This document shows, piece after piece, positions 9,524 to 18,555 of a stretch of DNA of 64,000 nucleotides. Numbering within the stretch: the first letter of the stretch is position 1; every line of letters starts with the position of its first letter. Location: positions 3,245 through 67,244 of the forward strand of contig JAZLGV010000132.1 of NCBI GenBank assembly GCA_045616505.1, read 5' to 3'. The notes below the pieces were generated by a model, which saw nothing but the letters and a program-made list of their open reading frames with translations, did not search any database and was not told the origin of the DNA. The stretch is from Candidatus Gastranaerophilaceae bacterium. GTDB lineage: Bacteria; Cyanobacteriota; Vampirovibrionia; Gastranaerophilales; Gastranaerophilaceae. Both the position numbers and the translations under genes were made by a program.

Positions 9524-9986
9524 TGATTATTCCTCTTGATTCAATTAAATTAATCATTTCAGTTCTTAAATCAGTAACATCTCGTCTTACAAGATTTTTT
9601 ACATTATAAGTATTATTTGCTAAATCCATTTTGAAAAATCTTTCAGAAGAATTGAAATTGAAAATAAGTTTAGAATCGTTCAAAAATTCAGTTACATTTC
9701 TCATTCCTTCTCTCATTCTTCTTCCAAAAGAAACAACAGAATCAAATCTGCCTGAAATTTTTTGGTTTAAAGAATTTATTGAACCTAGAACAGTATTGAA
9801 AGCTAATCTTCCTTTTTGAGTGATTTTTTCAGATATTTTTTCTCTCAAACCTACTTTTTTAGCGCTTTCAAAAACATCTGCTGTTATAATGTTTCCTCTG
9901 AAACTTGCTCCAAATGGGTTTGTATGATTTTGTGTTGTTTTTGCTCTAGGAGTAAATACGTTTTGTGAAATTTTATTTATTTGCAT
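9516..9986 (-). CDS. hypothetical protein carrying the shared N-terminal leader
   Basis: It is a 156-aa ORF and the first gene of the operon that ends with the cyclase and rqcH. Its N-terminus is MQINKISQNVF...ASFRGN. Confidence 0.5.
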   Translation of the reverse strand: MQINKISQNVFTPRAKTTQNHTNPFGASFRGNIITADVFESAKKVGLREKISEKITQKGRLAFNTVLGSINSLNQKISGRFDSVVSFGRRMREGMRNVTEFLNDSKLIFNFNSSERFFKMDLANNTYNVKNLVRRDVTDLRTEMINLIESRGIING

Positions 9987-10080
9987 GTAATGCCTTCCTT
10001 TTACTTTGTTATTAAATAACTCAACACTTTTAAGGTATCACAAGCTAATTTCTTTCAAATCGTCTATTTAATGTAGAAAA

Positions 10081-10111
10081 ACAAAAAGCACATTTTGAAA
10101 TGTGCTTTTTT
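10081..10111 (-). terminator. rho-independent terminator after the 4xGntR gene
   Basis: The stem AGCACAT / ATGTGCT is flanked by A and T runs on both sides. Confidence 0.75.
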
Positions 10112-10132
10112 AATTGATTTTTTAATGTTTGT

Positions 10133-11293
10133 TTATTGATAAACTTCAACATATTTTGGATTAACTGCAAGCCATTTAAATGATTGTGCAGATGTGTCAG
10201 GAGTGTCAATAACAAATGTTCCACCATATCTGCCTCTTTCAAATCTTAAATAACCTTCTTCTGCAAGATTATTTAATGCTTTTCTTACTGTGTTTGGGCT
10301 CAAATCCATTAATTTTGATAACGCATCAATTGATGGTAATTTTGAACCGATTGGATAATCGTTTGCGATTATATTTTTTAATTGGTTTTGAGTTTTTTCG
10401 TAGCAATAAAAAGCTGCATCTTTTGCAGGTGCAAATATTAAATCTTCTTTCTTTTGAAGATTAATAGAGTTTGGCATTTTTATTACGGTTGTTCCATATC
10501 TGCCTCTATGTGCAATGATTATTCCTTTTTTAATTAATGCTTTTTGTGCATCGTGTATTGTTTTTATACTTACTTTAAACTCTTTTGAAAGCTCTTCATG
10601 TGCAGGGAATTTATCACCAATTTTTAGATTTTTGATAATATATTTTTCTAAATCTTTTGTTATTTTTTGAACAAGGGTTACATTTTCAATGGAAGTTGAA
10701 GAATTTTCTTCTAAAGAAAAATTATTGTTTTTTATTGTTAAATAAAATTCTTTAGGATTTGATTTGTCATGCTCTAAAATATTTTGCAGACAAAGAGTTT
10801 CTAAAGCTAGTCTTGTTGTGTTTGGAGAAATTCCAATTAAACCAGACAAAACTCTTGAAGATGGCATTTTGTAGCCAATTGGCAAATTATTTGAAATAAT
10901 ATATTGTTTTATAGCATTAACGCAAATATCTTTTTTAGATGTAAGTTTTCTGATGTTTAAATTTTCGCATTTCCAATTTCTAATCATTGTTCCGATGCGT
11001 TGTTTAGATTCAACGTAACCTTTGTCTTCGATGTTTCTTAATGCGTTTTGAATTGTTCCAACGCTTACTCCTAAAAGATAAGCTAATTCTTCTTTTTTAG
11101 GTAGAAGGTCTGTTTCTTTGATTTTTCCACAACTAAAATCTTGTTCAATCCAAGATATAAGCCAGTTTGCAATAACATTTGATTTTGAGTCAAAAATGTT
11201 TTTTAATTCAGGCAAAGGCATTGAAATATCTTTTCTTGAAAGCTTGCGTAATTTAGTTTTATCTAATAATAAATAATTGTTTTCTTTTTCCAT
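10133..11293 (-). CDS. transcriptional regulator with four tandem GntR-type winged-HTH domains
   Basis: Four copies of the GntR HTH pattern are present: LPKKEELAYLLGVSVGTIQNALRNIEDKGYV, MPSSRVLSGLIGISPNTTRLALETL, FPAHEELSKEFKVSIKTIHDAQKALIKKGII..RGRYGTTV and LPSIDALSKLMDLSPNTVRKALNNLAEEGYL..RGRYGGTFV. Confidence 0.8.
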   Translation of the reverse strand: MEKENNYLLLDKTKLRKLSRKDISMPLPELKNIFDSKSNVIANWLISWIEQDFSCGKIKETDLLPKKEELAYLLGVSVGTIQNALRNIEDKGYVESKQRIGTMIRNWKCENLNIRKLTSKKDICVNAIKQYIISNNLPIGYKMPSSRVLSGLIGISPNTTRLALETLCLQNILEHDKSNPKEFYLTIKNNNFSLEENSSTSIENVTLVQKITKDLEKYIIKNLKIGDKFPAHEELSKEFKVSIKTIHDAQKALIKKGIIIAHRGRYGTTVIKMPNSINLQKKEDLIFAPAKDAAFYCYEKTQNQLKNIIANDYPIGSKLPSIDALSKLMDLSPNTVRKALNNLAEEGYLRFERGRYGGTFVIDTPDTSAQSFKWLAVNPKYVEVYQ

Positions 11294-11565
11294 TTTTACC
11301 CTTCACTTCTAATTTAAATTTTCTCTATGCGTTCACGATATAAATTATACCCTTATTGTAAAAAAACAAGCAAGAAAAAATTTGTTATTTGTTTAATGTT
11401 TTGTTACATTATATAAAAAATCACTAATAAATTCATCATTTAAGTATATTAAAAATATAAAATTTTAATAATTTTTGTAACAATGACATGCAAAATTTAG
11501 CAAATTATATTTTTTGGAGTTTTCTCATGGATGTAGTGTTTATAAATTGAAAAGTGGGTGTGATT

Positions 11566-13959
11566 ATGCAAGTATCAAAAATCGCTGGTTTAACTTTTGG
11601 TAATGTCGTTTCTAAACAACAAAATAACAAGGTTCAAAATTATAATACTATTCCATTAAATAATCAGGGCGACATGCTCATAAAATCTAATAACGTAAAA
11701 AATTCAGGTATTAATTTTGAACAAGGTCAAAATTATATAAAAGTTGTTTCTTTTGGTAGTATTCCACAAGCAGCTGAAATTTTTAAACCTGCTATTCAAA
11801 TGCGTGTTCAAGGTGTAAAAAATTTCCAACATAATATGGATCCTGAAAAATTAAAAGATGGCGCAGTTTATGCAATTAACAAACTTGCAAATGGTCTTTG
11901 GAAAGACGGACAAAGTTTAAAATATATGGTAAGCGAAAAAGTTATTAAATTAATTTCTCCTGAAGTTGGTGAAATTGGTAAAGTTCCTTCAGAAATTGCT
12001 CCTTTCCTAATTCCATTATTAAAAGATGATTCGAAAAATTATGAATTTGAATTGTCAAATGTAATTGCAGGAAACACAAAAGGTGCTTCAACAATTGGTT
12101 TAAGAGTAAATTTAATTTATAAAGGTAATTCTCCTGAAGAAGCTCAAGAAGCATTTGATGAAATTTTGAATGATGAACAAGCATCAAAGAAAGCATTTTT
12201 CTATCAAGCACCATCAACAACACGTGATGTATTGAATGAAATTTTGAAATTTGAAGAAAAAGATAATGGTATTGAATCTGCACAAAAAATGGAAAAAGCA
12301 GTTAATTCAATTGTTGATGTTTTAGATAATCCAGAAAACAAAAATATTTTGTTAATTGGTCATTGCAAACCTGATGGTGATACTTTGGGTTGTATTTTAG
12401 GTTTGAAAAATTCATTAGATATGGTTCATCCTGAAAAACATATTGATTGTGCAGTAGATGATGAAGTTACAGGTTTGTTCAGACACAAATTACCTGGTAT
12501 TGATAAAACTGTAAAACATCCTTATTCTCAAGAAAAAATTAACTTATTAACAGAAGAAATAAAAAGAGCAGAAGACAAAGGTGCTCCAGAAGCTATTATT
12601 AATGGTTTAAAAACTTCTTTAGAAAAAGCAACTGATAAAGAATTGTTGTTGGACAGAAATCAAAAATATGATGTAGTTGTATTGATGGATATTCCTACTC
12701 CAACAAGATTTTCAGCAGGTTTTAAAGATTATATTAAAGATGCAAAACAAGCAATCTATATTGATCACCACCCATATAAAGAAGAAGAATGGGATAATGC
12801 AAAAGAATCTACTGGTGTAGATATGAAAAATATTTTTAACAATAGTTTGGCATGGGTTGCAGAACGTGTACCTGCTGCTTGTGAACAAGCTGCAATTATT
12901 GCTTCAAAACTTTCGCCAAAAACAAATCCTTTAAATCCAGATAATACAATTTTGACAATGAATACTGATAAATTTAATGTAGATAAATTAAATGCAGCAG
13001 TTGCAGCATTCGTTACAGGTATTTGGACAGATACAGGCGGATTTGGTAGAACTGCAAATTTAGTACCTGAAGATATTATTGATAAAAATGGTAATCGTGT
13101 ACCAGTTGGAAACCGTCCTAATTTCTTGCCAGAAGGTATTTCAAAATGGATGATGAATTTGACTTCAGGCGCAATTGATAAAAAATGGATGCGTGATAAT
13201 ATTTCTTATGATATCAACGATGAAAAGAAAGATGGTGATATTGAACCTACTGCCAGAGAAAAAATGCTAGAAATAGCAAATAATTTCAAATATGAAAATA
13301 AACAAATCGGTTTAGGTATCGTAAATGCAACTTATGAACAAATGCAAGATGTTTTAGAAATTGCACAACAAAAAGAACCTGAAACAGGATTTTTAGATGT
13401 TCAAAACTCTTTCAAATATTCTGAAGTAATGGGTGATTTTAGAGCTTCTGAACTTCAAAATGGTATGAGTTCAAATTCTAAAAAAGGATTTGATGAATTA
13501 GAAGGTCCTGGACCTTATGATGAAGATAAAATCGCAATATTTATTTGCGAAAACGAACGTAAAGGTGAATTGAATACAGAAGGTAAACGTTCAACTGCAG
13601 ATGCTTTAAGATTTTCTTTCCGTTCAGTAGAAGGTACAACACACGCTGAATTGTTAGCTTCATTATTTAATGGTGGCGGACACGGTGGTGCTGCTGGTGG
13701 TCAAATTAAAGCTGACGGCGTTAGATTAAATACACCTTTGGTTGTCAAAATTAACGGTGAAACAGTTAGAAATAGTGAAAAAATTTACAAAGCATTAGTT
13801 AAAAATTATGATATTATGCATGATTCAAAACTATCTGCTGCTGAAAAAGCATTAAAAAGAACAAATATTGAATTAGTTCAAGATGAAAGTGGTGAACCAT
13901 CTATGAAAATTATAGAAAAATTAGTTCGTGAAATTCGTCACAATGAACCAATTAGATAA
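11566..13959 (+). CDS. DHH/DHHA1-family phosphoesterase (NrnA/GdpP-like catalytic core) with long extensions
   Basis: The DHH motifs are GHCKPDGDTLGC, VVVLMDIP and IDHHP. The DHHA1 motif is GGGHGGAAGG. ATG 11566 (MQVSK) is preferred to GTG 11554. Confidence 0.85.
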   Translation: MQVSKIAGLTFGNVVSKQQNNKVQNYNTIPLNNQGDMLIKSNNVKNSGINFEQGQNYIKVVSFGSIPQAAEIFKPAIQMRVQGVKNFQHNMDPEKLKDGAVYAINKLANGLWKDGQSLKYMVSEKVIKLISPEVGEIGKVPSEIAPFLIPLLKDDSKNYEFELSNVIAGNTKGASTIGLRVNLIYKGNSPEEAQEAFDEILNDEQASKKAFFYQAPSTTRDVLNEILKFEEKDNGIESAQKMEKAVNSIVDVLDNPENKNILLIGHCKPDGDTLGCILGLKNSLDMVHPEKHIDCAVDDEVTGLFRHKLPGIDKTVKHPYSQEKINLLTEEIKRAEDKGAPEAIINGLKTSLEKATDKELLLDRNQKYDVVVLMDIPTPTRFSAGFKDYIKDAKQAIYIDHHPYKEEEWDNAKESTGVDMKNIFNNSLAWVAERVPAACEQAAIIASKLSPKTNPLNPDNTILTMNTDKFNVDKLNAAVAAFVTGIWTDTGGFGRTANLVPEDIIDKNGNRVPVGNRPNFLPEGISKWMMNLTSGAIDKKWMRDNISYDINDEKKDGDIEPTAREKMLEIANNFKYENKQIGLGIVNATYEQMQDVLEIAQQKEPETGFLDVQNSFKYSEVMGDFRASELQNGMSSNSKKGFDELEGPGPYDEDKIAIFICENERKGELNTEGKRSTADALRFSFRSVEGTTHAELLASLFNGGGHGGAAGGQIKADGVRLNTPLVVKINGETVRNSEKIYKALVKNYDIMHDSKLSAAEKALKRTNIELVQDESGEPSMKIIEKLVREIRHNEPIR

Positions 13960-13981
13960 GTTCAAATATTTGAGTAGTAAT

Positions 13982-14018
13982 AAGGCGATTTTTGAATATT
14001 CAAAAATCGCCTTATTTT
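13982..14018 (+). terminator. rho-independent terminator after the DHH gene
   Basis: A long stem AAGGCGATTTTTGAA / TTCAAAAATCGCCTT is followed by ATTTT. Confidence 0.8.
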
Positions 14019-14019
14019 G

Positions 14020-14367
14020 TTATATCGATATATTTTTTAGATGTTTTATTGAAATTTCTGGTTTTAAAATTATTGAAATAGCATCTATTCTAAATTTTTT
14101 AAATTTATGTTCTTGCAAATAGTTAAACGCACCTGTTTTTATGTTGTTAAATTTCGTTTTTGTAATAGCTTCAAGTGGAGAGCCACAAGCCTCTGATGAG
14201 CGGGTTTTAACTTCTATAAATACAATGGTGTTTTTGTCTTGTGCGATAATATCTATTTCACAAGTTCTTGAAAAATGGATATTAGTTTCAAGAATTTTGT
14301 ATCCTTGTTTTTCAAGGTATTCTTTTGCATGGTTTTCACCAATTTTTCCGATTTGTGTGTTTTTCAT
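14020..14367 (-). CDS. yraN: YraN-family (UPF0102) endonuclease-like protein
   Basis: It contains GENHAKEYLEKQGYKILETN...EIDIIA...IVFIEVKTR. ATG 14367 forms a TAATG overlap with the upstream stop. Confidence 0.8.
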   Translation of the reverse strand: MKNTQIGKIGENHAKEYLEKQGYKILETNIHFSRTCEIDIIAQDKNTIVFIEVKTRSSEACGSPLEAITKTKFNNIKTGAFNYLQEHKFKKFRIDAISIILKPEISIKHLKNISI

Positions 14368-15671
14368 TAAAATATCCAAATTCCAATAATTGCAAAGATT
14401 ATCAAGGCTGTATTGTAGTGTAGAAATGTTGGAATACAGGTGTCTGAAATATGATTGTGTTGTCCATCAATATTTAGACCAGCAGTAGGTCCAAGAGTTG
14501 TGTCTGATGCTGGAGAGCCTGCATCTCCAAGTGCAGCTGCAGCTGAAAGTAGAACAACTGTTTCAGCAGTATTAAATCCTAATTTTGCACAAATAGGAAT
14601 GATTAAAACGGCCAAAATAGGTATTGTACCAAAAGAAGTTCCTATTCCGATTGTTATAAAAAGTCCGACAATTAGTATAATAAATGCAGTTATTATTTTG
14701 TCGTGTGGTAAAAGTGGTACAATTGTATTTATCAAATTATCTATACCACCAGTTGTTTTTAAAACTGTAGCAAATCCAGCTGCAACAAGCATTACAAATG
14801 CGATATAACCCATAAGATAAACACCTTCATTTATTAGGTTATCCATTTTAGAATGTTTAACAGCTTTGAAACTGAAAATTATTCCTAAGCCTACAAGTGC
14901 GCCAAGTGGTAATGATTTTGTCCAAATTTGAACTATAAAGGTCATTATTGCTGCAAAAAGTGTAATATAGTGACTTTTGTTAAATTTTTCACATTCGATA
15001 ACTTCTTTTTCAAATTTAATATCTTTGTATTTTCTTGGTTTTCTGTAAGTTATAAATATTGAAATTAAAAGTCCAACTGTCATTCCAAGTCCTAAAATCC
15101 AGTTGTATTTCCATATTTCAGAACGTGCAATTTCCATTCCGTTTGATGTCATGTTATCTGCAATAAGGTTTTGGAAGATTAAGCCGAAACCTGCAGGTAT
15201 AACAATGTAAGGCATTTTTAATCCAAATGCAAGAACGCATGATATAACTCTTCTATCAATATTTAGTGTATTTATGATTGGAATTAATGCAGGAATAATG
15301 ATTGGAATAAAAGCAATGTGAATTGGAATTATATTTTGTGACATCATTGCCATTAGACAAATTATCGCAAGTAAAATATATTTTTTTGAGCCTACAATAT
15401 TGGTTATTTTTTTTGATATCAAATCTGTAAAACCAATATATGTCATCGCAGCAGCGAAAGTTCCAAGTAAAATGTAACTTAATGCTGTTTCAGAATTTCC
15501 GCCCATACCAGAAATAAAAGTATTCATTATATCAGTCAAATTCATTCCTGCTACAAGTCCAGCTATTATTGTAGAAATAAGTATTGAAAGAAGAACATTT
15601 ACTTTGCATACGCAAAGAATACAAAGTGTAAGAATTGAAATAATTGCGGGGTTAAATATTAAATCAGTCAT
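14367..15671 (-). CDS. Na+/H+ antiporter-family (YuiF/NhaC-like) membrane transporter
   Basis: It is a 434-aa polytopic protein. The conserved AAAALGDAGSPASDTTLGPTAG loop is typical of this transporter family. Confidence 0.75.
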   Translation of the reverse strand: MTDLIFNPAIISILTLCILCVCKVNVLLSILISTIIAGLVAGMNLTDIMNTFISGMGGNSETALSYILLGTFAAAMTYIGFTDLISKKITNIVGSKKYILLAIICLMAMMSQNIIPIHIAFIPIIIPALIPIINTLNIDRRVISCVLAFGLKMPYIVIPAGFGLIFQNLIADNMTSNGMEIARSEIWKYNWILGLGMTVGLLISIFITYRKPRKYKDIKFEKEVIECEKFNKSHYITLFAAIMTFIVQIWTKSLPLGALVGLGIIFSFKAVKHSKMDNLINEGVYLMGYIAFVMLVAAGFATVLKTTGGIDNLINTIVPLLPHDKIITAFIILIVGLFITIGIGTSFGTIPILAVLIIPICAKLGFNTAETVVLLSAAAALGDAGSPASDTTLGPTAGLNIDGQHNHISDTCIPTFLHYNTALIIFAIIGIWIF

Positions 15672-16356
15672 TCATTAGTCCTTCACATAAAATAAATCTA
15701 CCTAGAATTTCTACATCACAGTATGTTTTAAGACTATCACAAAAACATTTGTTATCGCAAAAGCCGCCTGAAAGATATATTTTTTTAGGTTTTTTTGCAA
15801 AACTCCAAGCATTGTATGCAATTCCATGTATAAATTTAGAAATGGCATCTTTGGCTTCAATGTCTTTTGAGATATCGTCCATAATCTTTTCAAGTCCAAA
15901 TACACCGCATGTAACAGGGAATTTTTCTTCACAATATTCTAAATCATCAATGTTTACATCATAAAATTTTAAAAGCATTTCAACAGTTGCTCCTGTTGAA
16001 CTTGCACAGGATGTATTCCAATCCATATCTTTAAATTTTCCGTTTTTAAATTTTATCCATTTTACATCACGGCTTCCCATATCTAAAACGGTTGCGTTTT
16101 CTGAAACATGATTTTGAGCACCTTTTGTTAGTGCTACAATTTCGTTTTCATGAAAAATTCCTTTGCCCATGTGTCCGCAAGTGCGTTCATATACAAGATT
16201 TAAGGTTTTTAATTTTTTTGTTGGAATGATAAAAAATGTTTTGTTATCTTTTTCAAAATGTTTTGTTGCAACAGAAAAAATTTCACTATTTTGGTTTAAT
16301 GGTGAGTCGCAAATTATTTTTGAATATGTTGTTCCAGCATCAAGATAAAATTTCAT
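15664..16356 (-). CDS. BcrAD/BadFG/HgdC-type activase ATPase
   Basis: The ASKHA motifs are LDAGTTYSK, VLDMGSRDVKW and YLSGGF. Two Cys (TSCASSTGATVE, VTCGVFG) sit where activators ligate the bridging [4Fe-4S] cluster. Confidence 0.75.
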   Translation of the reverse strand: MKFYLDAGTTYSKIICDSPLNQNSEIFSVATKHFEKDNKTFFIIPTKKLKTLNLVYERTCGHMGKGIFHENEIVALTKGAQNHVSENATVLDMGSRDVKWIKFKNGKFKDMDWNTSCASSTGATVEMLLKFYDVNIDDLEYCEEKFPVTCGVFGLEKIMDDISKDIEAKDAISKFIHGIAYNAWSFAKKPKKIYLSGGFCDNKCFCDSLKTYCDVEILGRFILCEGLMND

Positions 16357-16408
16357 ATAATAATAATAGCATAATAAAATTTAATCAAAATCTAATATTT
16401 AAAATTGG

Positions 16409-17134
16409 TTATCTTAATTTTATAAAAGCTTCGATTTTTGCTTTGATAGAATTAGTTGCGTAATCGTCAATATCAATGTATAAGCCATTGTATTTGTCTG
16501 CTAACATTTTTGCCAATTGAGATTTTGCACAAAATGCTTGTGAATAAAAAACAGTTGGAATTTTCTTTTCAACAAACATTTCAAGTTCAATATCTGCTGG
16601 CACTCCTGCTTCTACGCATCTTGTCCAGCCAAAAATGTGAGTTTCATTAGGAAATAATTCTAATATGCTTAAATCATTTGGTGGAACACCCCAAAAACCG
16701 AATTGAGGTTTGCATTTTATTAAATTAGTTTCTTCTTTTGGAGAAATAATATTTGCTGTAATTTTTTCAATTTTTTCTCTTAATGGTAAATTACTTTCAG
16801 AAATAGGTGTTTGTTTTCTGTTTTTTGTATCTTCAAAAATACTTTCGATAACATTAAAACCTTTTTCTTTTAACACTTTTGCAGTAAACCAACCACTATC
16901 GCATTTGTCTTTGCCAATAGTTGCAACGATAAGGTTAGGTTTAAGAGTTATGGAATTGTTTACGATGTTTTTTATAATTTTGCAATACGCATCAGGCAGA
17001 ATGTTTGTTTCTGCATATCCAAAATCGATGTCTAAATCAATCCATTGTGCATTTGGGTATTTTTGTTTTAATTCCAAGACAATTTTAGGATTAGGGTAAC
17101 CCCAAAATCCAATGACAAAATTTTTGTTAGTCAT
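16409..17134 (-). CDS. small two-lobed Cys-containing protein related to 2-hydroxyacyl-CoA dehydratase/DUF2229 proteins
   Basis: It shows an internal duplication (FVIGFWGYPNP / QFGFWGVPPND). LPDAYCKIIKNI...GKDKCDSGW resembles SPEAICLPYKLI...SPGICRLGE of the DUF2229 protein at 35485. Confidence 0.5.
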   Translation of the reverse strand: MTNKNFVIGFWGYPNPKIVLELKQKYPNAQWIDLDIDFGYAETNILPDAYCKIIKNIVNNSITLKPNLIVATIGKDKCDSGWFTAKVLKEKGFNVIESIFEDTKNRKQTPISESNLPLREKIEKITANIISPKEETNLIKCKPQFGFWGVPPNDLSILELFPNETHIFGWTRCVEAGVPADIELEMFVEKKIPTVFYSQAFCAKSQLAKMLADKYNGLYIDIDDYATNSIKAKIEAFIKLR

Positions 17135-17135
17135 T

Positions 17136-18458
17136 TTATATGATTTCCTTGTATCCTTCAGGATTGTTCAATAAATCGTAATTTATTTCGTTTTCGTTGT
17201 CAGCGATAGCTGCTGCAACAACGGCATCTGAAGTGATGTTTAAAATAGTTCTGAACATATCTGTAAGTTTTTCTAATGCAAATAATAATGCAAAACCTGC
17301 AACAAGTTGTTCAGGACTTAGACCAAGTCCGTTTAATACAAGTGCGATTGTGATTAAACCAGCTCCTGGAATACCAGCAGATGTTGAAGATGCAACAATT
17401 GCCAAGAAACAAATTTGAATAATAACGAATGGTCCAAGATGTATGCCATACATTTGAGCCAAGAAAATTACCGCAACTGTTTGTAATATTGCAGTTCCAT
17501 CCATGTTAAGTGTTGCACCTAGAGGAAGTACAAAACTTGAAATTTTGTGAGAAATACCTCTTTTTTCACAACAAGCAATAGTTAAAGGTAATGTTGCTGA
17601 TGAACTTGCTGTTCCGAATGCAACCATCATTGCTTCTGCCATTGCAGTATAAAGCATAATAACAGGAACTTTTGAAAATACTTTTAAGAATACTGGATAA
17701 ACAACAAAGAATTGAATTGCAAAACCTATTGCCAGTACCAGTAAATATTTAGATATACTATGGAATACGTCAATACCAAAACTTGAAATAGCGGTTGCAG
17801 TTAATGCAAATACCCCTGGAGCTGCAAAATACATTATCCAATCGGTAACTTTCATTGTCGCAGCAAATACTGATTCAAAGAATGAAACGACAGGTCTGTT
17901 GATTTCACCTACTTTTGCAAGTGCAACGGCAAAGATTAAAGCAAATACAATTATCGGTATCATTTCGCCTTTTGCAACTGATTCAAGAGGGTTTTTAGGT
18001 ATGAAGTTCAAGCAAATATTTAACATATTTCCTTTTTGAGCTTCAATTGTGCTTGCAACTTTGTGTTGAACTTCAATAGCAGATGCAGAATTGATGTATT
18101 GAGTTGCACCATCTCCTGGTCTGAATGCTAAAGCTAAAGTTGCACCAATTGTAACGGCTATAACAGTTATTATACCGTAGTACAATATCATTTTTGTGCC
18201 GTATTTCCCAAGTTGTTTGTTATCCCCAACACTTGTAATACCGATTATTATTGCTGATATTACCAATGGAATAACAACCATTTGAATTAATCTAATAAAT
18301 AATTGACCAATGAAAACTAAAATATTTGATACCAAAGCGCTTTGATGGCTATGTAAAAAGATACCTACGAAGATACCAGCTATTAATCCGAAGAAAATAT
18401 GCCAGTTTCTTTTAAGTCCTAAACCAAGTGCAATAAGTATCTGCATATGTATTTTCAT
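17136..18458 (-). CDS. dicarboxylate/amino acid:cation symporter (DAACS family)
   Basis: Motifs MVVIPLVISAIIIGI, SSSATLPLT and NMDGTA are present in a 440-aa polytopic protein. Confidence 0.85.
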   Translation of the reverse strand: MKIHMQILIALGLGLKRNWHIFFGLIAGIFVGIFLHSHQSALVSNILVFIGQLFIRLIQMVVIPLVISAIIIGITSVGDNKQLGKYGTKMILYYGIITVIAVTIGATLALAFRPGDGATQYINSASAIEVQHKVASTIEAQKGNMLNICLNFIPKNPLESVAKGEMIPIIVFALIFAVALAKVGEINRPVVSFFESVFAATMKVTDWIMYFAAPGVFALTATAISSFGIDVFHSISKYLLVLAIGFAIQFFVVYPVFLKVFSKVPVIMLYTAMAEAMMVAFGTASSSATLPLTIACCEKRGISHKISSFVLPLGATLNMDGTAILQTVAVIFLAQMYGIHLGPFVIIQICFLAIVASSTSAGIPGAGLITIALVLNGLGLSPEQLVAGFALLFALEKLTDMFRTILNITSDAVVAAAIADNENEINYDLLNNPEGYKEII

Positions 18459-18555
18459 AAATAAAATCCTCTTTATTGTATTAATTCTAAAAATCTTTTA
18501 AATTTTACTACTTAAATCCTAAAATTTCAACATGTTTACAAATTATTTGAGTTTT

